A stretch of 64,000 nucleotides of DNA from Schizochytrium sp. TIO01 (Eukaryota > Protista > Bigyra: Labyrinthulomycetes). Both the position numbers and the translations under genes were made by a program. Under the pieces are notes generated by a model. It searched no databases, was not told where the DNA came from, and saw only the letters and a program-made list of their open reading frames with translations. This document shows positions 1 to 9,795 of this stretch, piece after piece; the first letter of the stretch is position 1, and each line of letters starts with the position of its first letter. The stretch covers positions 3,467,648-3,531,647 of the forward strand of contig SMSO01000014.1 of the NCBI GenBank assembly GCA_004764695.1, in the 5' to 3' direction.

Positions 1-2
1 TT

Positions 3-1637
3 AAAGTCTACGAGGAGGACTTCGAGCAGGCGTTCTTAGAAGAAACGGAAAAATTCTATCAGAGCGAAGCGAACGAGTTCATCCAGATCAATACCTGCCC
101 GGACTATGTGGAGAAAGCCAGAAACCGACTGGAAGAAGAGCGCGCTCGTGCAAAGGACTATCTTCAACCAAGCACCGAGGATAAACTCATCAAATTAGTT
201 GCCGAAGAGATGGTCGCCAAACATGCAAGTAACTTGGTATCTATGCCAAAAAGTGGCTGTCGTGTGATGCTTGAACGCGATAACCTGGAAAACCTGCACA
301 ACATGTATCGTTTATTCGAATTCAAGGACTGCCGTCAACATATCAGGCGTTGCCTTTTTGATTTTACGAAAGAGTCTGGCGAGCGTCTTGTTGATGACCA
401 GGACTCGGATATGAAACCAGTAGAATTTGTTCGCGAGCTCCTTGACCTCCAAGGCAAGTATGATCGCATCGTCCGCGACGCTTTTGAGGACGACAAAGAC
501 TTCCAGAAGGCCATCAAAGAGGCCTTTGAGTTTTTTGTCAATAAAAATCAACGCTGCGCAGAATACCTGTCCATGTATCTGGATGACCTCATGCGCAACA
601 AGCATACCGTAACCGAAACTGAAATTAGTCAAAAAGTGGATCGTGTAGTAGTTGTCTTTCGTTATCTGCAGGACAAGGATATCTTCGAAAACTTTTACAA
701 AGATCAGCTGGCCAAGCGTCTACTATCTCACAAATCTGTGTCCGAGGACGCGGAGACCAGCATTATTCGCAAATTCAAAAGTGAGTGTGGTCAGATTTTC
801 ACATCCAAACTCGAGGGTATGTTCAAGGATATGAAACTTTCAAAGGAAACAATGGAGAAGTACCGTGCAGCCTGTCCCCGGCCTCGCGACTCAACTGACC
901 CAGAGCTCAATGTCACGGTGCTTACCACTGGCTACTGGCCCTCTGAGCAAATATCGCCGTGTCATTTGCCCCCCGAGTTGGAAGGTGTTTGTAGCCAGTT
1001 TAAGAATTTCTACCTCAATCTCCACAGTGGACGCAAACTTTCGTGGCAAACCAATCAGGGTACGGCAGATCTAAAGGCAAATTTTGGCCCTGGTCGCGCA
1101 ACACACGAATTCAATGTCACCACCTACCAGATGTGTATTCTCATGTTGTTTAACTCTAGAGATACCTTCTCAGTGAATGAAATTGAGCGAGCAACGGGTA
1201 TTCCTATCAATAAGCTCCGCCGTCACCTGCTTTCTCTAGCAACCCCGCGCTTCCGCATTTTGCATAAAGAACCCCAGAAGTCTGGAATCTTTGATGGTGA
1301 CACTACCTTTACGCTCAACACTGACTTCAGCGCTAAGCTGCTTCGTATCAAGGTCCATCTTATTACTGAGCGACGAAATGTTGGTGCTGTGAAGCGTGGT
1401 ATTCCTGAGCAGGTTGATGAGGATCGTAAACACCTCATCGAGGCTGCGATTGTCCGTATCATGAAGTCACGCAAGCGGCTAGAACACAGCGTCCTTGTCA
1501 ATGAAATTGTTCATCAGCTATCGGAGCGCTTTGTTCCAACTTCACAGGATGTCAAGCGCCGCATTGAGTCTCTGCTTGAGCGCGAGTACCTTGATCGTGA
1601 CCCTGACGACCACCGCTGCTACCGCTACCAGGCATAG
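3..1637 (+). CDS. CUL3: Cullin-3 (5'-truncated by window edge)
   Basis: The frame is open from nt 3 (KVYEEDFEQAFLEETEKFY...), so GTG 108 is internal. Cullin homology motifs DKDIFENFYKDQLAKRLL, FTSKLEGMFKDM and GRKLSWQTNQGTADL are present. The C-terminal neddylation motif EDRKHLIEAAIVRIMKSRK is CUL3-like. Confidence 0.93.
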   Translation, partial: KVYEEDFEQAFLEETEKFYQSEANEFIQINTCPDYVEKARNRLEEERARAKDYLQPSTEDKLIKLVAEEMVAKHASNLVSMPKSGCRVMLERDNLENLHNMYRLFEFKDCRQHIRRCLFDFTKESGERLVDDQDSDMKPVEFVRELLDLQGKYDRIVRDAFEDDKDFQKAIKEAFEFFVNKNQRCAEYLSMYLDDLMRNKHTVTETEISQKVDRVVVVFRYLQDKDIFENFYKDQLAKRLLSHKSVSEDAETSIIRKFKSECGQIFTSKLEGMFKDMKLSKETMEKYRAACPRPRDSTDPELNVTVLTTGYWPSEQISPCHLPPELEGVCSQFKNFYLNLHSGRKLSWQTNQGTADLKANFGPGRATHEFNVTTYQMCILMLFNSRDTFSVNEIERATGIPINKLRRHLLSLATPRFRILHKEPQKSGIFDGDTTFTLNTDFSAKLLRIKVHLITERRNVGAVKRGIPEQVDEDRKHLIEAAIVRIMKSRKRLEHSVLVNEIVHQLSERFVPTSQDVKRRIESLLEREYLDRDPDDHRCYRYQA

Positions 1638-2136
1638 TTAAATTCATCAGCAATTCTTCATCTTCCTTCTCTACTTCTTGTATTCCTTTTAAATGTCTTC
1701 ATTTAATTCAAAATGCATTGCTCTTTGAGCATCAATGCTGCTAGCTATCCTGACCAACTTCCCCTACATTTAACGAAACTTTAATTACACAACATGCTTA
1801 CAGGCAAGACGGCCAAGGAAGTGTAGGCTTCAGTCAGAAGACTCAAGTTTTTTTGTTTGTTTTTGTTTTTAAAGCAAGGATTAACTACTGTAACAAGAAA
1901 GTGAAACTTTTCAAAGGGTACATTTTGTTTGATGCTTGTTTAATATTCTTCTTTGGAGTTGGACGTGGAGGAGGTATGAGGACTATGTCCTCCCCAGCAG
2001 TGAAGCGACAGCAGACCATTCTTCTGAAGACTTAGAACGTACCTACTTAAGTGGGAATTCCTCGCGTGAAAATCCCACCATTTAAGACTTCTTACCTATC
2101 AACCAGTGTGGCTAAATATATGTAGGCGAAACTCAC

Positions 2137-3450
2137 TTAAAGCTCTTTGTTGTCTGATTCAAGAGCACCCTCTGGAGAAGTCGAAGTTGGATTCTCACCT
2201 TCAGCTTCAGGTACAGTATTACTAGAGTCGACGTTACCAAAGAGCATGTTTGACATCTTCTCGTAAAGAGCAATAATACCTCCGCTGGTATCATTTGCGT
2301 CCGCGCTATCTTCGCCAGAATCAAGTTTAGCCAGAGCCTCTTCAAGGGTTTTTTCTATTTGAGCAAGACGCTCCATTTTTGTTTTTTGAATGTCATCCTT
2401 TTCCTTCTTTGCACTGTTCTCAGCACTCTTGCGATCTTTTGTGTGCTGATCGTCAAGCTCCTTGAGGCGAGCTTTCAATTGGGTATCGACAGCTTTGGTC
2501 GCCTTTTTCGCTTCTTTAGACACACGTTTATTGTCTTTTTTGGCGCGTTTCTGAAGCTCTGCTCTCTTCCCTTCCCGCGCGGACTCAATTGGGTCAATCT
2601 CTACCCCTGCTGACGCACCCGGAGCCTCGCCAAGTGCTACATCGTCTGATGTTACATCAGCCTCTGGGCTTGTCTTTGTCTTTGCCTTTTCGATTTCCTC
2701 AAGTTCCTTAGCATATTTTTCAGTCAGCTGCCACCAAGTATGCATATTCCGAGGTTTGTCGGTTGCGCTCGCAAGCAGGCGATGCCACCGGACATCGGTT
2801 TCAGCCTTGAAAAGAGTAAAAGTGCCCCTGCCAACGGAAGCCATGGACCAAGAGCTCTTCTCCGGATCAATTTCATCAAGCAGGTCAAGATTGAGTTCAA
2901 AAGTCTTGTGTTTGCCTTTACAAGTCGCATGCAAGGATATCCTTTGTTTCTCAATAGTGATTTTCTCATCAGCAAGATCAATACAGGCCGGGGCGTCGAG
3001 CTTGTGTGCGAATTTGACACCGAGAAAGACTTGATCGCGACTTTGGGCCCATTCAAACGCTGGTGCGACAATCGTTGATGAGGCACTTTGGAGCTTTGCC
3101 TGCTGAAGGATACTTGTGACCTCTGTCAACTTGCGGCGGATAGAATTTACTGCAGTATGGACTTCATAGTCAACTTTAACGCCGTTCTCAACGCAAGCCT
3201 GAGACAGATCGATTGCTGTTTTGAAATATCCTTGTTCGAGAATTTTGCCGAGAATACTACCATCAACGACGCCTTCTTGACATGCATTTTCCTGGCCTTG
3301 TAATAGACCACGTTCGCGAAGGTTATTCATGAACACCTCCTCCGATGGGCTCGAGGACAGAGCTTGGGAGAGATCATCCGATGCTGCACCACTCGCAACT
3401 GTAAAAAGTGCCAGGAAAAACAGCCACTGCATATACCCAGGCCTCGGCAT
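2137..3450 (-). CDS. Signal-peptide-bearing CS (p23/HSP20-like) domain protein with C-terminal NKEL
   Basis: 437-aa ATG ORF with a hydrophobic N-terminus (MQWLFFLALFTVASGA). A CS-domain signature runs APAFEWAQSRDQVFLGVKF...FELNLDLLDEIDPEKSSW...FTLFK...WHRLL. It is followed by a Lys-rich coil and ends SDNKEL. Confidence 0.8.
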   Translation of the reverse strand: MPRPGYMQWLFFLALFTVASGAASDDLSQALSSSPSEEVFMNNLRERGLLQGQENACQEGVVDGSILGKILEQGYFKTAIDLSQACVENGVKVDYEVHTAVNSIRRKLTEVTSILQQAKLQSASSTIVAPAFEWAQSRDQVFLGVKFAHKLDAPACIDLADEKITIEKQRISLHATCKGKHKTFELNLDLLDEIDPEKSSWSMASVGRGTFTLFKAETDVRWHRLLASATDKPRNMHTWWQLTEKYAKELEEIEKAKTKTSPEADVTSDDVALGEAPGASAGVEIDPIESAREGKRAELQKRAKKDNKRVSKEAKKATKAVDTQLKARLKELDDQHTKDRKSAENSAKKEKDDIQKTKMERLAQIEKTLEEALAKLDSGEDSADANDTSGGIIALYEKMSNMLFGNVDSSNTVPEAEGENPTSTSPEGALESDNKEL

Positions 3451-4336
3451 ACTTATTTATAAACCACAAGGTATTTTTACTGATTCACCTGACAGGGAGG
3501 CTCTAAATTAGGGATGCCTAAACCAGAGAGAACAAGGCTCGCACAGAACCCTGGAAGCAGGTTACCCAAAGACAAGGATAAAATAACCGTGAGACCTCGG
3601 TGCTCCCTAACCCAGCAAAGTGAAGGAGATGCAAAGACAACTGATATTTTGCAAGTCAAACCACTTGCGTCCAGAAGAGGTAGCGAAACCGGAAGCCTTT
3701 TGTCAAGGCTAGTCGAGGGGGGCTTTCACGCGCTGCCTCTTGGCCTAAGTAGTACCGTGAGCACGTTGGGCTTTGCCAACTTGGCTCATTCCTCATCCCC
3801 AACATTAAGAGGAAATAGCAGCACAAAAAATACTCTTATTGATACAAAAACATCGTGTAAGGATATTTATACTTTTTTTAATTTTAAAATACAAATATAT
3901 ATATATTTTTTCAAATCTTACTTACTCAACGAAGATCCGTTCACTTATATTGAAAATAAGCGAGAAAAATGAAGAACAAAAACCTCTTGGAAAAGAGAAC
4001 GCAACTCAGATAAGTGATGATATGGTGCGAACTTTGTCACAGTAGAACATCCAAGTATGTTTACAAACTAACGTTTGCTTGAAGCACGTACGGAGGGGGA
4101 AAGACTCACACAGTAGTTGTGCTGTATTGCACTATCTGAGTATCGAATAGTTTGAAGTTTGCCAAGCAATTTCTGTCCTTGGCGAACCTCTGCTCGGAGA
4201 GTTGCCAGAGAAACCGAGGTTCTATTGCTGGCACAGTATGGGGATACTGGAGTCTTTGGTATCGGGCAAGTGGTAGATCAAAACTAGTGAAAGCATCAAG
4301 AGCAAGTCTGGTACAAAAGGTGAACGTGCTTCTCCC

Positions 4337-7300
4337 ATGCACGCATTCAGTTCACACCAACAAAACCAAGCTCAAACCAACGGAGGGCACTCGTCCTTTG
4401 GCTCAGAAGGTCAAAATGTTGTGTCAAGTATGCAGTACCCGATTCATTCATTCAGTTATCAACAGCAACAATCTCAGCAACCCCAGTCAGTGCAGCAATC
4501 ACTTGGCGGAGGCGAGCAACGTCTGCCTCGCATATTTGGAGAAGAACCAAGTCGATCTCCGACACATATGTTCAAGCGCTCTACGCAGGACAATATCCCC
4601 TCGAATGGACATGGGGTTCCCTCCACGGAGACAATGGCTATGCAAATTCAAAAATTATCCTCGGATGTTCAGCATCTGCATTCCGCAATGCGTGAACGAG
4701 AGGAAGACGAATCTTACTACTCTAAGCAAGCCTATGAAAAGCTCTCTCGAATGCACCAGCTAATCACAAACAAAGAGAGGCAGCTTATGGATAGAATTGC
4801 TGCTGTTCAGGACCAACTAGGAAATGTAGATTGTAATGGCCGCGAGAATGGAGAGCGAAGGATTCGTTTGGCAGAGGAAAAAACAGAAATGGTTAAGCAA
4901 GCTTTTGAGAAACGTGCAGGAATGGCGGATATGAATGTCGCTAGGGAAAGACGAGAGCGGGTCGAAGGTGAAGATCGGCTTCGAGCAGAAGTACGCGCTA
5001 GGTTTGAGCAATTTACGGCAGCACTGAGGGATCATGAGGCCTTTGTGAAATCATACCAAGGAAGAGCCACTCAGGATGTTCAAGAGCTTCAAGAAGAGCA
5101 GCGAAAAAACTTGCAGTCAATACGAGACCACTTTCAGGATGCATTAGTGAACGTTGCTAACCGAATTAAGAGCGTCCACGGTACAATTAAGCAATCAGAA
5201 TCCAAGGTCGACACAAAGATTGATCAAGCAACAAAGCAGCTCTCGGACATGCTTAAGGCTGAAATCAAGGTTCGGAAATCTGCGCTTGGGAAGGTGGTAG
5301 AGAGTTTAGCACAGCAGGAAAAAATTATTCAACAGGAGATGACACAACTTACAGCCAGTGTGCATGCAAAACAAGACCTGCACTCTTGCCGTCTTGAAGA
5401 GGTTGACAACACAACTCGTGAGAGACACGAAAGCTTTGCGCGAGAAACTCTCGCATCTGTGGTAGAACTTCGGAAGGACAATCGCCAACTTGAGCAAGAT
5501 TTGCAAGCGCATGTCGCAGATTTTGGCACAAGAATTGAAACTGTACAATCTTCATTAGCTAGTGCACAGAAGTCAATCACAGATGATATTGAGGCGCTTT
5601 CCTCGCAGACTGCAGCTGGCGTGCAGGAACTCAGGTCTGATGTATTCGAAAAACTAGGCACACTCGAAGACCGAATGCTTCGGACAATGGAGGAGCGTAT
5701 TTCTAAGCTTGAGCGGCTTCTCACTAATGAGCAAATCGATCGTCACCAACATTGCCAAAATGTCAAGAATGAACTTACAGATCAGATATCTCAATTACGA
5801 GCTTACCAGGCCGAGCAAGACCACGCCCTTCGAGCCGAACTGGCATGTACTAAAGAGAATTTTGACACGTTAGTGCAAGAAAAGCACACATTATTGCAAA
5901 ATACTCTACAAAGTACTTCAACAACACTTCAAGGTCATATTGATCATTTGAGTGCGAGCCTAGACGCAACGATCCAGGAAGTAGACCGCACAGCTCGCGA
6001 GGGTTTAAGTTCGCAAGCAGCAGCACATTCAGCGTTGCAAGAACGAGTAGAGCACCTATCGAACGAGTCTTCAGCCTCCACCGAAGCCACGAGGCAAGAG
6101 ATTCGACAACTTGGAAAGTCGCTAGAACAGAAAATTACTCATGCAAACTCACGAGTTGATGGTGTTTATGGTGATGTACAGCGAGAGATTGACCGGGCAA
6201 CAAATAAAGAACTAGAACTAGCCGGCGCAATAGCATCTGCACGAGCCATTTTGCAGAAGACTATCACAGATGCTACGGAAAGTCTTAGTTCTGTCCTCGA
6301 CGCAAAGCTTGAACAAGAACGAACCCACTCGGCTTCATACACAGACAGCAAGGTCTCAGCGGCACGAGCACTTTTAATGACGAGTATCGAAACAGAATCT
6401 TCTACACGATGCAATGAAAATACAGAACTGCAAGAGAGCTTGCGATCCGAAATCAAATTATCATGTGACAAGATTGTTCAAGAAGCAAAGGCAAATCTGG
6501 ATTCTACAGCCAAGTCTCTGCGAGCTGAAGTAGAAGGTACAGAGCGAGCCCGAACGCAGTCAATTCTGCATTTGACTACACTGGTAGAAGCAACAGCGCA
6601 TAGTCTACGTGTTGACTTTGGAAACGCACAAGATGAGATGAATGTTCGTTCTGCTATGGACATGCTTTGTGCCAAAGTAGAGCGCGAATCAGCCGTAGCG
6701 CGGCTTGATGAGCAGCAACAAGATCAAGAAATTCTGCAGGATGCGCTTCGAGCTGAAATTTCTGCTCGAGAGCGTGACATGGCGAAGTTAAGAAGCGAAA
6801 CGCAAGGTTCTGTAGATGCTCTTACTGCATCTCAAGGAGAGGAGATTGCCAAGCTACAAGCCGCTCAGGCCGCAGCTCGTTCTCAGGCCGCACAAGAAAA
6901 GACAGATCTGCAGTCTCACATTAAGGGCCAGAATGAAGAGTTGCTGAGAAAGATCACTGAGCAAAGTGAGGCTACAGGTAAACTAACCATGACATTTGAG
7001 ACCAAGATTGAAGAAGTTATGAGCCAATTGCAAGACTGCACTGCATACGATCAACGGTTGCAATCTCAAATTGATCAGAATTACAATGAACTCACCGCAG
7101 CAGATCAATCAACCGCGCAGGCATCCCAATTAGAAGTTGACCAGAAACTCCAGGATATTTGGGCCTATTCCCAAGAGTCTGATTCTCGACGAGAAGAGCT
7201 TCGAACTTATGTTGAACAGCTCTACACGAAAATGCAGTCTCAAGAAGAAGACGGGCAAGTCCTTCAAAGCAATATGACACAGAAAATGGAGGAGTTAGAG

Positions 7301-7894
7301 ACGAAAATCCGCGAGAGTAGTGGCGAGTCCTTGCAGCTGGTTGATCAAAGTATTGGGGAATTGCGTGATGAGCTGCTAGCAGCACAAGGCTTGCTTGGTT
7401 CGATTCAAGAAAATGTAAGTGCTTTAGGCATTCAGGTTGATAACCTTGAAGCAGCAATTCCAGATAGCAAAGCGCTTGCTGAGAAGAGTAGTGCAAAGCA
7501 AGAAGAACTAGCAAATAAAATTTCAGAAATACAGACAAAAGTACAGGAGCAGCAGCCAAAACTAGAATCTATTCAGGGGGAAATTGCGAAAATGAGGCTT
7601 TCTTCTAATGACGGGAGCTCGGACACTATAGAGCCTGACAATCAGGATTTCAAAATGGAAGTAAGCAAAAGGCTTGACAATCTTGAAGAGGCCCTCTTAC
7701 TTGTTGGAAATGAGGGTCTGAAAACCAAAAATGAGATTCATAAACTAGAGGCAAATGCGAAAGATATGGAAAACAACGTAGAGAATCTGGAGGAAGCTGT
7801 CTTACTTGTTGGCGAGGAAGGACTCAAAGCCCACAGTGACATTAAACACCTTGAGGAAGATAACAAAGAAGATCCGAATGAAGCCAAAAAATAA
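4337..7894 (+). CDS. Long coiled-coil protein of unknown function (1185 aa)
   Basis: Uninterrupted 3.5-kb ORF with a Q/S-rich head followed by continuous E/Q/L/A-rich heptad sequence and almost no Pro. Confidence 0.85.
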   Translation: MHAFSSHQQNQAQTNGGHSSFGSEGQNVVSSMQYPIHSFSYQQQQSQQPQSVQQSLGGGEQRLPRIFGEEPSRSPTHMFKRSTQDNIPSNGHGVPSTETMAMQIQKLSSDVQHLHSAMREREEDESYYSKQAYEKLSRMHQLITNKERQLMDRIAAVQDQLGNVDCNGRENGERRIRLAEEKTEMVKQAFEKRAGMADMNVARERRERVEGEDRLRAEVRARFEQFTAALRDHEAFVKSYQGRATQDVQELQEEQRKNLQSIRDHFQDALVNVANRIKSVHGTIKQSESKVDTKIDQATKQLSDMLKAEIKVRKSALGKVVESLAQQEKIIQQEMTQLTASVHAKQDLHSCRLEEVDNTTRERHESFARETLASVVELRKDNRQLEQDLQAHVADFGTRIETVQSSLASAQKSITDDIEALSSQTAAGVQELRSDVFEKLGTLEDRMLRTMEERISKLERLLTNEQIDRHQHCQNVKNELTDQISQLRAYQAEQDHALRAELACTKENFDTLVQEKHTLLQNTLQSTSTTLQGHIDHLSASLDATIQEVDRTAREGLSSQAAAHSALQERVEHLSNESSASTEATRQEIRQLGKSLEQKITHANSRVDGVYGDVQREIDRATNKELELAGAIASARAILQKTITDATESLSSVLDAKLEQERTHSASYTDSKVSAARALLMTSIETESSTRCNENTELQESLRSEIKLSCDKIVQEAKANLDSTAKSLRAEVEGTERARTQSILHLTTLVEATAHSLRVDFGNAQDEMNVRSAMDMLCAKVERESAVARLDEQQQDQEILQDALRAEISARERDMAKLRSETQGSVDALTASQGEEIAKLQAAQAAARSQAAQEKTDLQSHIKGQNEELLRKITEQSEATGKLTMTFETKIEEVMSQLQDCTAYDQRLQSQIDQNYNELTAADQSTAQASQLEVDQKLQDIWAYSQESDSRREELRTYVEQLYTKMQSQEEDGQVLQSNMTQKMEELETKIRESSGESLQLVDQSIGELRDELLAAQGLLGSIQENVSALGIQVDNLEAAIPDSKALAEKSSAKQEELANKISEIQTKVQEQQPKLESIQGEIAKMRLSSNDGSSDTIEPDNQDFKMEVSKRLDNLEEALLLVGNEGLKTKNEIHKLEANAKDMENNVENLEEAVLLVGEEGLKAHSDIKHLEEDNKEDPNEAKK

Positions 7895-8250
7895 AGTAGA
7901 TTAGAGAAGATAATTAGGTATGCACTTAAAATAAAGGTATTACTTAACTCAAAATAGATATTTGAGGCAGTCAATAGACTAGAGAAAGGAGAATTTCAGA
8001 ACCCCCCCCCCTAAAAAAGAGTTTATATCTGCAATAATTCACAAAATGTATAACACGTAAATAAATAGATTTTGGGGCTACTGAACTGTTCAATTGCATT
8101 TAAATTTGGCAAGCGCAGCGCAGACTAGGTGCATTAAATAGTTACTACAGCACGCCATACTATGTTGCTAAATTGAAGTATTGGGGAATAACGACTTGTT
8201 CTTCGATCGTAGTTCAAGTGGTACAAGGATTGAGAATGGTCTTCCTTGTG

Positions 8251-9795
8251 TTAACCGTCCCGCAATCTTGAAGGAATTGTGGCAATGACACTCTCGTATT
8301 CAGGGCTACTGATGAAGTCTTGATAAAGGTTCGCACGGAGATCAGTAAGAACGACTTTTCGAGCACCCTCAATCATCAAAATGCAGACATCACGTGGGAA
8401 ATTCGTGGCTGATTCATCTGCTAAAATCCTGCGCAGTTCATCTGCTTGCATCCATACACTTGTCAGTTCTTTTTCATTTACAGGATCCCTTTCAAACAAG
8501 GTGACGAAACGAGTACAGATCTGCAGCATCCACTCTTTACGTGAAAGAGCAGCGACAGAGCCACGGAGACCCCCTGTTGAGGAGCCAGAGGAGCTAGCTA
8601 CAGATGCACCAGAAAATAAGCCACGGCTCGTAGACCGATTACTAATGCGAGGCATTGGTGGAGCAGTTCCTAAAGCTTGGGATGGCGAGACCATACCTGC
8701 ATGGTCCAATTGGTCCACAGGAATAGCCGAAAAAGCAGCATGGGCACGATCAAGGTCAACAGAATAAGTCACAAGCTCAGCATTGCGAAGCCCTCGAGTG
8801 CCAAGTGCTGACCGTTTTGCAAAGCGGAAAAGTCGATCTGCACCAGCATATGTTGATAACAACCCCTCTAAGGAGCTCATGGCGCGCTCTAAGACAGCTT
8901 CATCCCGCATACTCTGAGCTCGTTGCCCATCTTCTATCATACGCTCAGCCAGATGAAACTTTTCATTCTCCGCAGCGAGAGTAATGTTGTGTTCAATGGC
9001 TTTAATCCAAGTCTGGGACTCCTCTTGCGTCTTGGCTCTAAATTGTATTACATCTTTGGGTGTATCGATTTCAAAGCAGTGTCTGAGCCCTCCCAGGTTT
9101 CTTGGTTCGATTGCCTTGACCCGCGTCTGCATGAGCTTTATCACATGCGCATCTCCATGATCTAAATTTGAAAGACAGTGCACAAGGTCATCTTTCCTTA
9201 AAACACACCATCTTCGCTGCCACTCCCTTGGATTTGCCGCACTTCGTTGAAACAGAAACCCATGTTTATCACCTCTCCCAATAGAGTTTATCGGCAAAAA
9301 TTCTGTTCTGTTTGCACTTCCGTTCCCATTCGCAGATTGCTGCTCAGAAACCCCCCTCCTTGATCCCCTTGAAGAGCTTTTCTGCATTGCCTCGAAAATT
9401 ACATTTGGACCATCGTCGCGAAATCTTTCAACATCTTTCTCGTTTAAAAACGCAAATCCATTCACGAGTCGCACTTCATGTCCCGGCACGCTCTCAGATT
9501 TCACGCTATCTATAATCTCATCTTCACGGGACTGTAGAGCTGCGCGTGCACGCAGGAGCCTGTCTTCGTGTCCAAGGGGATCAAGGGTCACGATATATGC
9601 ATGCTCTGTGGACGTGGAAGGGTCGCGTACGACGGCGAGAGTCCAGGTGAAGATGGCGTAGTGAGAAGCTTCAGAAGCCTCAATCTTGTTCCGGCGAGCG
9701 ATGGCCTCGAGCACCTCAACGGTGCGGACTTGGGCGTGGAGAGAAACACTCTGTAAGGTTCCGTCAATGTTTACAACCTCGATGATCAACGCCAT
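8251..9795 (-). CDS. Ubiquitin-like (RA/FERM-N-like) + PH + RGS-like signalling protein
   Basis: PH domain: KHGFLFQRS...WQRRWCVLR...HCFEIDTP...FRAKTQEESQTWIKAI. RGS-like ends: SLEGLLSTYAGADRLFRFA and ARKVVLTDLRANLYQDFISSPEY. The start is taken at ATG 9795 (MALIIEVV); the upstream ATG at 9876 is also in frame. Confidence 0.75.
   Translation of the reverse strand: MALIIEVVNIDGTLQSVSLHAQVRTVEVLEAIARRNKIEASEASHYAIFTWTLAVVRDPSTSTEHAYIVTLDPLGHEDRLLRARAALQSREDEIIDSVKSESVPGHEVRLVNGFAFLNEKDVERFRDDGPNVIFEAMQKSSSRGSRRGVSEQQSANGNGSANRTEFLPINSIGRGDKHGFLFQRSAANPREWQRRWCVLRKDDLVHCLSNLDHGDAHVIKLMQTRVKAIEPRNLGGLRHCFEIDTPKDVIQFRAKTQEESQTWIKAIEHNITLAAENEKFHLAERMIEDGQRAQSMRDEAVLERAMSSLEGLLSTYAGADRLFRFAKRSALGTRGLRNAELVTYSVDLDRAHAAFSAIPVDQLDHAGMVSPSQALGTAPPMPRISNRSTSRGLFSGASVASSSGSSTGGLRGSVAALSRKEWMLQICTRFVTLFERDPVNEKELTSVWMQADELRRILADESATNFPRDVCILMIEGARKVVLTDLRANLYQDFISSPEYESVIATIPSRLRDG

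Noticed and set aside
2046-2086. Imperfect inverted repeat (GTGGGA...TCCCAC) between convergent genes
   Set aside because: The stem is short and bulged, as expected by chance. Intrinsic terminators do not apply to this eukaryotic context.
3514-4763. ORFs 3514..3972 and 4152..4763
   Set aside because: They lie in a divergent promoter or overlap the real gene out of frame. They have no motifs and run through AT-rich low-complexity DNA.
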